Below are positions 1-8,625 of a stretch of 64,000 nt of DNA, in pieces (the first letter of the stretch is position 1; the number at the start of each line of letters is the position of its first letter). The stretch is from positions 5,847-69,846 of the forward strand of contig JAGLYK010000011.1 in NCBI GenBank assembly GCA_023132255.1, written 5' to 3'. The translations under genes and the position numbers were made by a program. A model generated the notes under the pieces. The model made no database searches. It saw only the letters and a program-made list of their open reading frames with translations, and had not been told where the DNA came from. Source of the stretch: Candidatus Pacearchaeota archaeon (GTDB lineage: Archaea; Nanobdellota; Nanobdellia; Pacearchaeales; GW2011-AR1).

Positions 1-3000
1 GTTGCACTGTATGAGAAGATAAAACTTGCTGAGGAAGTTGAGCAGAAGGCAAGTGCTGCTGTTTTTTGCGAGGAGTTTAAGCAGAGATATCCTGAGTCAG
101 GTTATTTGAGCAAGGTGGAAGATATTTGTGATGAGTATGCTCTTGCAAATTCAGAAAGTGCAAGTTGGAATATTTTAGTGAATGGTGTTGCGAATAGTAT
201 CAGATTTGAGGGAGTTTATGAGCCAAGTGAAAAAGAGTATAGTGCAGAAGTTAGTATTGGTGATAAAGATTATGTTTTGACAAAGAATGAGATTGTTGAG
301 CCAGAAGATGAATCCTCAAAGGATGACTCTGGTGAGCCTGAGTTTTTTGTTCAGTTGATTTCTCTTAACGATGATTATGCAAAGGTGCAAGTGAATTATA
401 AAGACGAGGATGGGAAGCCGCGTTATAAGATATTTAAGTTGAAGGAAGATGTTGTGGAGAGTTTTTGGGAGGATAATAAGATTGTTTTGACAGAGATTAA
501 TTTGAAAAAGCAGGCGAAGGTTAGTGTGATTCCGAGTATTGATAATGTCGGGACAGAGGCGGATTTTACATTTAAGATTGGAATTGAGAAAAGGGCCATA
601 CAGCTTTCTCCTGAAAAGACTATGGAGAAGATTAAGAATTTGAATGAGACAATTGAGAAATGGGAGAAGATTTCTGATAATTTAGGGAATGTTGTGAAGG
701 GCATGAAGGTTGCTTGTCTTGGAACAAGTGCCTATTTAACTGTCAAGAATTTGTTTTCAGGATTTAGTGGGAAAGCAGCTGCAAGGCATGAGGTTACTGG
801 ATGGTATAGGGATAAATGTAAAGCAGAGGGAGTAGAAGGGACAAAGGAGATGCAAAAATGTTTGCTGGGTTATAATGATAAAATAAATGAGGGTGTTGAA
901 GCACTTGCTGAAGTGAATACTAATCGTGAAAGATTAAATGATAAAATTTCTTATAAAGATGGGAAGTTAGAAAATGCAGATGAGTTTTTGAAGAATTTGC
1001 CAAAGAGTTTTCAAAGTGAAGATGGAAAAATTGATATTAGCAAGGAGGAGATGGAGGCGATAAAGAAAAATCTTGGGACACAGGATTATAACCAATATGT
1101 AAAAGATCTTAATTATTATTGGGATATGAAAAGTAAAAAAGGAATTTTTGATGATAAGGCGGATAAAAACATAGAAGAAATTTGGAAGAGGTTGGATAAA
1201 GATTATCAGTTAAATAATGTTGGTAAAAGTCTTTATAGTGAACTTGAATGGGATGCTCAAGATGTTACTGTTGGTGCGAGTAAAGATGTGAAAGAGTTTG
1301 GAGTTTCTAATTTTAGAACTGTTGCAGAAGCTAAGAATAAATTTAGTGGGATAGATGGTAAATATGATAAGTATTATGTTCGTCCTTATGTTGATGATAT
1401 TGGAGGAAAGAGTTATTTATTAATAGTTGATAAAAATGGAATTGTTCAAAAAACTTATGAGTATGGTAATAAAGATTCTGATGGAAAAATTTCTTTAACT
1501 GATACAGGTCAAACAAATAAATTTAAAGTTAGGTTTAAACTTTTTGACAAAACTTCATACAATAATAAATATGAAGAACCAAAAGTGATTTATTATGAAA
1601 TTGGGGCAGATAAGGGCAGACCTGCGATTGTGCCTGTTGATGTGGACAAGGGTTTTTATGCTGCGACAACTTCTGGTTCAAGTGGTATGAGTTCTTATGA
1701 TGCTTCTGGGATGCCGTCGTATTTTTATCTTTGCAATGTTATGGAAAATGGAAAGCAGGAGTTTAATCAGGGAAGGGATGATGAGTGTGTTGGTGTGAGG
1801 GTTGGTTCTAACAAGGCAGATGGTGCTTTGACAGGACTTAGTGAGGAAAAAACAAATGAATGGGCAAGAAAATCAATTAGTGCTTTAAGAGATGCATCAA
1901 GAGAATATGGAGCAGGAGTTAGGAAAGTTACTATTAGGGGTAAGAAAATCCTTGTTGGGAATCCTGCGATGAGTCTTCCCGGGACCCAGTGTGAGGATTT
2001 TATGTCTCCTGAAGATTGCGCTTTGATGTTTAATGTCTGCGACCCTGTTGTGTGTCCTGAAAGCAGATGTGATTTTGGAGGCAGGTATAGAGTCAGCAAT
2101 GTTGTTCAGTCAGGAATAATTGGAGGTGTGTTGCTGTGTTTGCCGAACTTTGGAAGCCCTGCTGAAGGAGGTGTTGTAATCCCGGTTTGCCTTACTGGTA
2201 TTCACGCAGGAATTGATAGTTTGGTTTCTATTTATAAAAATTACGGGGATTGTTTGCAGCACAGCCTGGATACAGGAGAGACAGTTGCGATTTGCGACGA
2301 GATTCATAGTATTTACTTGTGCGAGTTTTTCTGGAAGCAGGCAATTCCGTTTATGGACCTTATTATCCCAAAAACAATTGAATTTATTTTAACAAGAGGC
2401 GGGGGAGAGTATCTGAATGTTCAGGCAGCCTGGGCAAATGCAGGGAAGTCTGTTGATTATATGACTAATTATTATGGGGCTAATGCTTATGCAGCGTTTA
2501 AGGTGCGTTCAACAGACGAGGTTGGAACTGCTTTTTGCAAGAATTTTATTTCAGCAAGGTATCCTGCAAGCGGGGATTTTTTTGATGCATTGATTGAGCC
2601 TGACTCGCCTTCGCAGTATCATGGGTGGTTCCATGAGACAACTTTCACAACAGCGACGGTTCCGCCGACATCGCAGTACAAAGTGTTCTACCACATTTAT
2701 GCAGGAAAGGACGCTGGTGTTTATTACAGTGTTTATTTAAAGAGTCCAGAGGGGAGTTCTTTTTACACAGATGCCTCGCAAGTAAGTGTTGCTTCTGGTT
2801 ATATTGAGAAAGGGGGATATGCATCTGAGACCAAGGATTTCATAGATGTTTCAGGTTATCAGGAAATGTGCATTAATGTTCAGGGGCAGGAACAGTGCGG
2901 GTTTAAGGATGTGTCAACTTCTTTTGCTTTGGATTATCTGAATAAGAAGTATGTGAAAGACCAGGCAAAGAGGACAGATATTAAGTCAGAGAAAGAGTGC

Positions 3001-4335
3001 ATTTCCGGAAGTGCGAGTGTGTATAGCATGCTGACGCCGAATGTTCAGGCAGGCACTGAGAGAGTGATTGAGCCGAAGATTTATGACCAGGGAATTGTTC
3101 GGGTTTGTGCGACAAGCAATCCTGGTGAAGCCACAGACAAGACAAGGTGGGCTGAGGTAGGGACTTGCGGGGGAAATATAAAATGCTGGCTTGACACAGA
3201 TAGTGTGAAAGATGCTGTTGTGTTTGATGAAAGTCTGAAAGGTTTGGAAAAAGTAACAGAAGATGCTCTTGAGAAATTAAGGAGAGAAGGAGATTATCTG
3301 AGTGCTGCTGAATTTGATAATTTAATTGATGATATTAAAAAGGCTGATAATGAAAAGAAGATAATTTTGATTAATGACGCTCTTAATGAAAAGAGTGAGA
3401 AGAAAGTTTTCTTTGATAGAGAAAAAGTACAGTTGTTGTTTTTGAAAGCAAAGGCATATGCTGGTTTGGTTTTGGCAGAGATTATGGGGGAGAAAGGTGT
3501 GGAGAGTGAGAAGCCTAAGATACAGGGGGATGTGGATGAAAAGGAAGATGAGGAGGAAGGGGATGATGTGAAAAAAGAAAGTGAAAAGACCTGTGGAGAT
3601 TGTAAGCCAGAATTTGGTTTTTTTTGTGATGAAGAAGAATGTGAAGAATTTGGAGTGGAGATAGGTAAGGAATGTCATAAGGAGTTAATAATAAAATGTG
3701 TTGAGAAAGAAGTGGAAGAAGATGAAGAAAAAACTTTTAGTGAACTTGAGAAAGTTGAAATAGAAGATAGAGAAGATAAAACTTATGATTTTAAAAATGA
3801 TAGAACTAAAGTAAATATAATTAAAATTATGAATAAAGCAAAAACTGAAAGTTTTGGAGATAGGCTTTGTAATTGTGAGAATGATTCTGGTTCTTATGCT
3901 GATTTGGTTATTAAGGCTTCTCAGAAATACAATATTCCCGATCCTCTTTTATTGCTTTCAGTGATGATGCAGGAATCAAGTTGTGAAGCAGAGGCAGAAC
4001 TTGGGAGTTCTATTGGGTTAATGGGGATTTCTTCTTGGGAAATGTGTGAGGATGAATTAAGTTTGGGTAGTAATGAGGATGTTAAGGGAAAAAGAAATGT
4101 TGCTAATAATATAAATTGCGGGGCGTTTGTTTTAAAACAGAAACATAAAGAGAAAGGAACTTTTTATTCTGCAGGCAGTGACCAGAAATATAATAGTTGT
4201 TCTAGAAATTATAATACAATTTATTATAATTGGGAAGCTGCATTAAGAGGTTATAATGGTTGGGGATGTGGAAATGATGATTATGTTGAAGAGGTTATGC
4301 AAAGATTTGAGGAGTTGAGTAAAAGTTTAGATTAA
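1..4335 (+). CDS. Large protein of at least 1409 aa, truncated at the 5' window edge, with a Cys-rich central region and a C-terminal lytic transglycosylase (SLT/GH23-like) domain.
   Basis: The frame is open from base 1, so the ORF continues upstream. The C-terminus carries ES...GLMGI...YN-G-G motifs (MQESSCEAEAELGSSIGLMGISSW, RGYNGWG) typical of family-1 lytic transglycosylases. Many CxxC-like Cys clusters lie in the middle (aa about 620-760). Confidence 0.55.
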   Translation, partial: VALYEKIKLAEEVEQKASAAVFCEEFKQRYPESGYLSKVEDICDEYALANSESASWNILVNGVANSIRFEGVYEPSEKEYSAEVSIGDKDYVLTKNEIVEPEDESSKDDSGEPEFFVQLISLNDDYAKVQVNYKDEDGKPRYKIFKLKEDVVESFWEDNKIVLTEINLKKQAKVSVIPSIDNVGTEADFTFKIGIEKRAIQLSPEKTMEKIKNLNETIEKWEKISDNLGNVVKGMKVACLGTSAYLTVKNLFSGFSGKAAARHEVTGWYRDKCKAEGVEGTKEMQKCLLGYNDKINEGVEALAEVNTNRERLNDKISYKDGKLENADEFLKNLPKSFQSEDGKIDISKEEMEAIKKNLGTQDYNQYVKDLNYYWDMKSKKGIFDDKADKNIEEIWKRLDKDYQLNNVGKSLYSELEWDAQDVTVGASKDVKEFGVSNFRTVAEAKNKFSGIDGKYDKYYVRPYVDDIGGKSYLLIVDKNGIVQKTYEYGNKDSDGKISLTDTGQTNKFKVRFKLFDKTSYNNKYEEPKVIYYEIGADKGRPAIVPVDVDKGFYAATTSGSSGMSSYDASGMPSYFYLCNVMENGKQEFNQGRDDECVGVRVGSNKADGALTGLSEEKTNEWARKSISALRDASREYGAGVRKVTIRGKKILVGNPAMSLPGTQCEDFMSPEDCALMFNVCDPVVCPESRCDFGGRYRVSNVVQSGIIGGVLLCLPNFGSPAEGGVVIPVCLTGIHAGIDSLVSIYKNYGDCLQHSLDTGETVAICDEIHSIYLCEFFWKQAIPFMDLIIPKTIEFILTRGGGEYLNVQAAWANAGKSVDYMTNYYGANAYAAFKVRSTDEVGTAFCKNFISARYPASGDFFDALIEPDSPSQYHGWFHETTFTTATVPPTSQYKVFYHIYAGKDAGVYYSVYLKSPEGSSFYTDASQVSVASGYIEKGGYASETKDFIDVSGYQEMCINVQGQEQCGFKDVSTSFALDYLNKKYVKDQAKRTDIKSEKECISGSASVYSMLTPNVQAGTERVIEPKIYDQGIVRVCATSNPGEATDKTRWAEVGTCGGNIKCWLDTDSVKDAVVFDESLKGLEKVTEDALEKLRREGDYLSAAEFDNLIDDIKKADNEKKIILINDALNEKSEKKVFFDREKVQLLFLKAKAYAGLVLAEIMGEKGVESEKPKIQGDVDEKEDEEEGDDVKKESEKTCGDCKPEFGFFCDEEECEEFGVEIGKECHKELIIKCVEKEVEEDEEKTFSELEKVEIEDREDKTYDFKNDRTKVNIIKIMNKAKTESFGDRLCNCENDSGSYADLVIKASQKYNIPDPLLLLSVMMQESSCEAEAELGSSIGLMGISSWEMCEDELSLGSNEDVKGKRNVANNINCGAFVLKQKHKEKGTFYSAGSDQKYNSCSRNYNTIYYNWEAALRGYNGWGCGNDDYVEEVMQRFEELSKSLD

Positions 4336-4359
4336 TCTAATTCTAAAGATTTAGAAAAA

Positions 4360-4481
4360 TGCGGAGAACAGGATTCGAACCCATGTAGGCACTAAGCCAC
4401 CAGGTCCTAAGCTTGGCCTTCTATTAAAAATTAAATTTATCTAATAAAATCTGGCCCGTTTGACCACTCCGGCATCTCCGC
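4360..4481 (-). tRNA. tRNA-Leu (anticodon UAG), class II with a long variable arm and a 38-nt intron between positions 30 and 31.
   Basis: Reverse complement gives acceptor GCGGAGA/TCTCCGC and D-arm CCG-GAGTGGTCAAA-CGG. After removing ATTTTATTAGATAAATTTAATTTTTAATAGAAGGCCAA the anticodon stem is CCAGG/CCTGG with loop CUUAGGA. Variable arm is TGGCTTAGTGCCTAC and the T-loop is TTCGAAT. Exons are at 4451-4481 and 4360-4412. Confidence 0.6.
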
Positions 4482-5137
4482 ATGAGAATTTTAAGATTTT
4501 CAGCTTTAAAAGATATTCCATAGTATTCTTTATTATATTTTTTATATATCCATGTATCTTTTAAAACATTTATTCCAATTTCCCTGAATAATTTAATTAA
4601 GTCTTTCCATAATTGTTTACTTGCTGTTGAAAGCCCGACTTGTCTTCTTCTCCTTCCTCCGTCGGTTATCATTATCCCTATAAGAAAGGCAGATTTGATT
4701 GATTTATTTGAATTGAAAATATGCTTTGATATTTTAACTAGGTGGCTTTTTTTACCAATAGGAATTTCATAAACATGAGCTAATAAATTGTGAATTGCTT
4801 TGCTATCCATACACATAGAATAAGATTGGGCTTTTCTTTCTCTTTCTTTAACTTTATGAATATTAAATTCTCTTTTGAATAAATCAGAACAAATCTTTTT
4901 TATATCGTTCATAATCAGTTCATTTGACATTTCTATTTTAACTTGAAATTTACTTTTTTTAAGATGGCCATCTCCAATAATCGCCGCGATAAAAAAAGCC
5001 ATTTCTTCATTGAGATGTAATGGAATCTTAGTTATTTTTGATGGTCCGAATTTAGCTTTAACAAAAATTTCTTTTTTATTTTTATTAATTATTTTTAGTT
5101 TTTTTTGTGATTCTAAAATTTTCTGTTGTAAGTTCAT
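4424..5137 (-). CDS. Free-standing double-motif LAGLIDADG homing endonuclease.
   Basis: Two LAGLIDADG motifs about 100 aa apart: FFIAAIIGDGHL and AFLIGIMITDGG. The last 19 codons and the stop overlap tRNA-Leu exon 1 and its intron. Confidence 0.7.
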   Translation of the reverse strand: MNLQQKILESQKKLKIINKNKKEIFVKAKFGPSKITKIPLHLNEEMAFFIAAIIGDGHLKKSKFQVKIEMSNELIMNDIKKICSDLFKREFNIHKVKERERKAQSYSMCMDSKAIHNLLAHVYEIPIGKKSHLVKISKHIFNSNKSIKSAFLIGIMITDGGRRRRQVGLSTASKQLWKDLIKLFREIGINVLKDTWIYKKYNKEYYGISFKAENLKILMRRCRSGQTGQILLDKFNF

Positions 5138-5227
5138 GATTAGTTTAATTACTTCTTGTTAATAAATGTTTCGTTGCCTGCCCCATTCTACTATGTAATG
5201 GGATTAATAATATTAAAATCTTTAGAA

Positions 5228-6151
5228 TTATTTCTTTTTTGCTTCTGCTTCTTTTTGCTTGATTTTTTCTTCCAAGTCAAGTTTTTCAATTAGTTCTTTG
5301 TAGCGATTTCTGATTGTAACTTCTGTTATTCCTGCAATGTCTGCGACTTCTCTCTGGGTTTTTTTCTCGTCGTTTATTAATGCTGCGACATAAAGTGCTG
5401 CTGCGGCAATTCCTGCAGGACCTCTTCCTGAAGTTAGTTCAACTTCTTCTGCTTTCTTTAGAACTTTCAGGGCATCGTTTTGAGTTTTTGGAGAAAGTTT
5501 CAAGACAGATGAGAATCTTGAAATGTAATCTTTTGGAGAGCTTTGCTTTACCCTGATTCCAAGTTTTCTGATGATAAATCTGTAAGTTCTTCCTATTTCT
5601 TTTCTTTCAACATCTGATGCAGTTGTCATTTCGTCGAGGGTTCTTGGGATGTTGTATGAACGGCATGCAGCATAAAGACAGGCAGCGATTACAGATTCCA
5701 TGCTTCTTCCTCTGACAAGCCCTCTTTGGAGAACGTAGTTGTAAATTCTTGAGGCTTCGTCTCGGACAACGTTTGGCAGATTTAGATAAGATGCGGTGAC
5801 TCTTAATTCTGCCATAGCTAATCTTAAATTTCTTTCAATGCTTGTAGAAACTCTTTCCTGCCATTTTTTTAATCTCAGGAATTTTCTTGTTTGTTTTGGC
5901 TCTAATCTGTAGATGTCTGAAATTTCTCCGACATTTGTTGTCAAACCTTTGTCAAACTTTTGCATGCTCATTGGAGCACCGCTTCTGCCTTTTTTTTCAC
6001 CCTTGTCAAATTTTCCCTGAAGGTCTATTCCGGTATCCACCATTTTTTCCTCGACAACAAGACCACAATCATTACAGATTACTTCTCCAAGGTGCGCGTC
6101 GTGAGTGAGATGTATGCTTCCGCATTCAGGACATTTTCTTATTCCAGCCAT
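5228..6151 (-). CDS. tfb: Transcription initiation factor TFB (TFIIB homolog).
   Basis: N-terminal Zn ribbon CPECGS...CNDCG followed by two cyclin-like repeats. Length of 307 aa is typical of TFB. Confidence 0.9.
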   Translation of the reverse strand: MAGIRKCPECGSIHLTHDAHLGEVICNDCGLVVEEKMVDTGIDLQGKFDKGEKKGRSGAPMSMQKFDKGLTTNVGEISDIYRLEPKQTRKFLRLKKWQERVSTSIERNLRLAMAELRVTASYLNLPNVVRDEASRIYNYVLQRGLVRGRSMESVIAACLYAACRSYNIPRTLDEMTTASDVERKEIGRTYRFIIRKLGIRVKQSSPKDYISRFSSVLKLSPKTQNDALKVLKKAEEVELTSGRGPAGIAAAALYVAALINDEKKTQREVADIAGITEVTIRNRYKELIEKLDLEEKIKQKEAEAKKK

Positions 6152-6254
6152 TTTATCGTCGTAAAATTATGTTTTATTAGCTTTTATAAAGCTTTTGGCT
6201 ATATAAAGCTTTTGGTTTTTATTGTCTTGCGTGAGAAGTAAAAATTTTTTGGGA

Positions 6255-6611
6255 TTATTCAACTAAAATACCATTAACAACACCTTCCTGACTTGGACGG
6301 CTTGTTATCTTGACTTTTCCAAGTTCTGTTTCAACAATTGTGCCTTTTGTTAAAATATTTTGTCTTGCGAGAAATCGGTTTGAAGGTGTTTCAAGAACAT
6401 TTTTTATTTCCAGTTTTTTCTTTTGTGGAATGTTCACAAATTTTGCTTTGAGCAAGAATGTTTTTTTGTTCCCGCCAGTTGTTCTTTTTGTTTTTCTTTT
6501 TTCTTCGCCAATCTTCACAACTCTTTTTTGCCCGGCTGCTTCATAAGATTTCTTCTTTCTTTTTTTGATGTATTTTCCGCCTGAAATTTTTCTTCCTTTA
6601 TTTGTTGACAT
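6255..6611 (-). CDS. rps8e: 30S ribosomal protein S8e.
   Basis: MSTNKGRKISGGK...TTGGNKK...EGVVNGILVE matches S8e signatures. The internal Met is the likely start; the longer ORF begins at 6653. Confidence 0.75.
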   Translation of the reverse strand: MSTNKGRKISGGKYIKKRKKKSYEAAGQKRVVKIGEEKRKTKRTTGGNKKTFLLKAKFVNIPQKKKLEIKNVLETPSNRFLARQNILTKGTIVETELGKVKITSRPSQEGVVNGILVE

Positions 6612-6685
6612 ATTTAGAAAGAATAAAATTGATTTAAATAAGTTTCGTTGCAAAAGTTTAAAAACAAAATTATGTAGATTTAGTT

Positions 6686-6934
6686 ATGGTTAATGGAATT
6701 GAAAGACCACTTGATTTGTTGAACAACTCAAAGGGAAAAGAAGTTTTGGTGCATTTGAAGGGCGACAAGCAGTTTGTAGGAACTTTGCTGGCTTTTGACA
6801 TACACATAAACCTTGTGCTGGACAACATAAAAGAAATGCAGAACAACGAGATAAAAAGAAACCTTGGATTGACTTTTCTACGAGGCGATACAATTATCTT
6901 TATTTCTCCAGCGTCGACTGCGTTGAAAAAATAG
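6686..6934 (+). CDS. Sm-like (LSm/SmAP) RNA-binding protein.
   Basis: Sm1/Sm2 pattern: PLDLL...VLVHLKGDKQFVGTLLAFDIHINLVLDN...RGDTIIFI. Confidence 0.8.
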   Translation: MVNGIERPLDLLNNSKGKEVLVHLKGDKQFVGTLLAFDIHINLVLDNIKEMQNNEIKRNLGLTFLRGDTIIFISPASTALKK

Positions 6935-7031
6935 CATTGCCTTTGATTTTAGAACTGGCTCAGTTGTTTTTATTAGCTGGTGCTTTGAATAATAAAGAAG
7001 TTTTATAAATTAGGATTTCTATTTTAAAATT

Positions 7032-7445
7032 ATGAAAGTTCTTTTTGTCTGTAAATCAAATGTTGGTAGAAGCCAGATAGCTGAAGCTTTTTTTAATAAA
7101 TTTTCAAAAAATTATAAAGCAATTAGTGCAGGAGTTGATGCTAATGTTCATGCAGGAAGGCAAATTAAAGAATTATCTCAAAAAACTCCTCAATGTATGC
7201 TTAAAGAAAAAATTGATATTTCGAAAAAGTTTTCAAAGCAATTAACAAGTGAATTAATTAATCAATCTGATTTGGTTGTTTGGATTGCTCCTGAAGAAAA
7301 AATTCCAAAATATTTAGATAAACATAAATTGGTTCTTTGGAAAATTAAAGATGCTGGAGGAACTTCTTATCAAAATCATTGTGAAGTAAGAGATAAATTA
7401 AAGAAGTTGGTTCTTGGTTTAGTTAAGGAGCTGGATAATTCATAA
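7032..7445 (+). CDS. Low-molecular-weight phosphotyrosine phosphatase / ArsC-like protein.
   Basis: N-terminal P-loop CX5R: VLFVCKSNVGRSQIAEA. Confidence 0.65.
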   Translation: MKVLFVCKSNVGRSQIAEAFFNKFSKNYKAISAGVDANVHAGRQIKELSQKTPQCMLKEKIDISKKFSKQLTSELINQSDLVVWIAPEEKIPKYLDKHKLVLWKIKDAGGTSYQNHCEVRDKLKKLVLGLVKELDNS

Positions 7446-7476
7446 ATTATATAAACAAATTTTTCTTCTTGTTTCC

Positions 7477-8415
7477 ATGACATCAAAAATAAAATTAGTT
7501 TTTTTAGGAACTTCTGCGCAGATTCCAACAGTGAAGAGGAATCACCCAGCCATGGTTTTGACTTATGGAGGAGAGAATATTTTAATTGATTGTGGAGAGG
7601 GGACCCAGAGGCAGTTTAGAAAAGCGAGAATGAATCCATGCAAAGTTGATAGAATTTTGATTACGCACAGGCATGGAGACCATGTTTTTGGATTGCCTGG
7701 TTTAATTTCAACTTTTGATTTGAGTGGATATAATAAAACACTTTACATTTATGGTCCAAAAGGAATAAAAAGATTTTTGGAAAATTTTTTGGGTTTGAAT
7801 TATGTTGAGCGGGATTTTGAAATAAAAATTGAAGAGGTGGTCCCTAAAGGGATGACCTCCAATGCAAAAGGTGGAGGCCTCAAATTTTTTGAGACAGATG
7901 ATTTTTATTTAGAAGCAGAGAAAATGGAGCATAGTGTTCCCACAAATGCTTATTGTTTTGTGAAAAAAGGACAGAGAAGAATTGACAGGGCAAAGTTGAA
8001 AAAATCCAAACTGCCTTCTGGACCTATTTTAAAAAAGTTAAAGCAAGGTAAAGATATTGTTTATGAAGGAAAAAAATATCTGGCGAAGAATATGACTTAT
8101 ACAGAAGACGATAAAAAAGTTTCTTTTGTTTTGGATACTTTAAATAATAAGAAAATTGTGGCTTTTGTCAAGGATTCTGATTTGTTAGTTTGTGAGGCGA
8201 GTTTTGATGAAGGGTTGAAGGATATGGCGAAAGAGCGTTTGCATTTGACAGCAAAGCAGGCAGGAGAAATTGCAAAGAAGTCAAAATCTAAGAAATTAAT
8301 TTTGACGCATATTAGCCAGAGATATGAAAAAGACTTGAAGAAACTTTTGAGCGAGGCAAAAAAAGTTTTTAAGGAAACCTCTATTGCAGAGGATTTTGAT
8401 AAGGTTGAGGTTTGA
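7477..8415 (+). CDS. rnz: Ribonuclease Z (tRNA 3' endonuclease, metallo-beta-lactamase fold).
   Basis: HRHGDH motif, start LVFLGTSAQIPT..., about 310 aa. Confidence 0.8.
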   Translation: MTSKIKLVFLGTSAQIPTVKRNHPAMVLTYGGENILIDCGEGTQRQFRKARMNPCKVDRILITHRHGDHVFGLPGLISTFDLSGYNKTLYIYGPKGIKRFLENFLGLNYVERDFEIKIEEVVPKGMTSNAKGGGLKFFETDDFYLEAEKMEHSVPTNAYCFVKKGQRRIDRAKLKKSKLPSGPILKKLKQGKDIVYEGKKYLAKNMTYTEDDKKVSFVLDTLNNKKIVAFVKDSDLLVCEASFDEGLKDMAKERLHLTAKQAGEIAKKSKSKKLILTHISQRYEKDLKKLLSEAKKVFKETSIAEDFDKVEV

Positions 8416-8533
8416 TTAATCTATTAAATTTTCTTCTGAGCTGAAAATTGTATTATTATTTCCACACAGATAATAATATTTATTAGTGTCGATAAGAAAT
8501 TCAGAGAGGTTATTATTAGTTTTATGTAATCTA

Positions 8534-8625
8534 TTTAAGGTTTAATCTTTTTTTAATGTGTTTAATTCTGTAAATTATAATTAAGGTTTAATCTTTTTTT
8601 AATGTGTTTAATTCTGTAAATTATT
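8534..8625. repeat. Tandem direct duplication (2 x 46 bp) spanning the stop codon of the 8562-10211 gene.
   Basis: aaggtttaatctttttttaatgtgtttaattctgtaaattat occurs twice, head to tail. Confidence 0.85.

Noticed and set aside
423-3678. Minus-strand ORFs 423-704, 1767-2099, 2110-2307 and 3322-3678 inside the first large gene.
   Set aside because: Shadow ORFs of a 4.2-kb coding region; low-complexity translations.
5887-6241. Plus-strand ORFs 5887-6108 and 5960-6241 antisense to tfb.
   Set aside because: Shadow ORFs inside the well-supported TFB gene.
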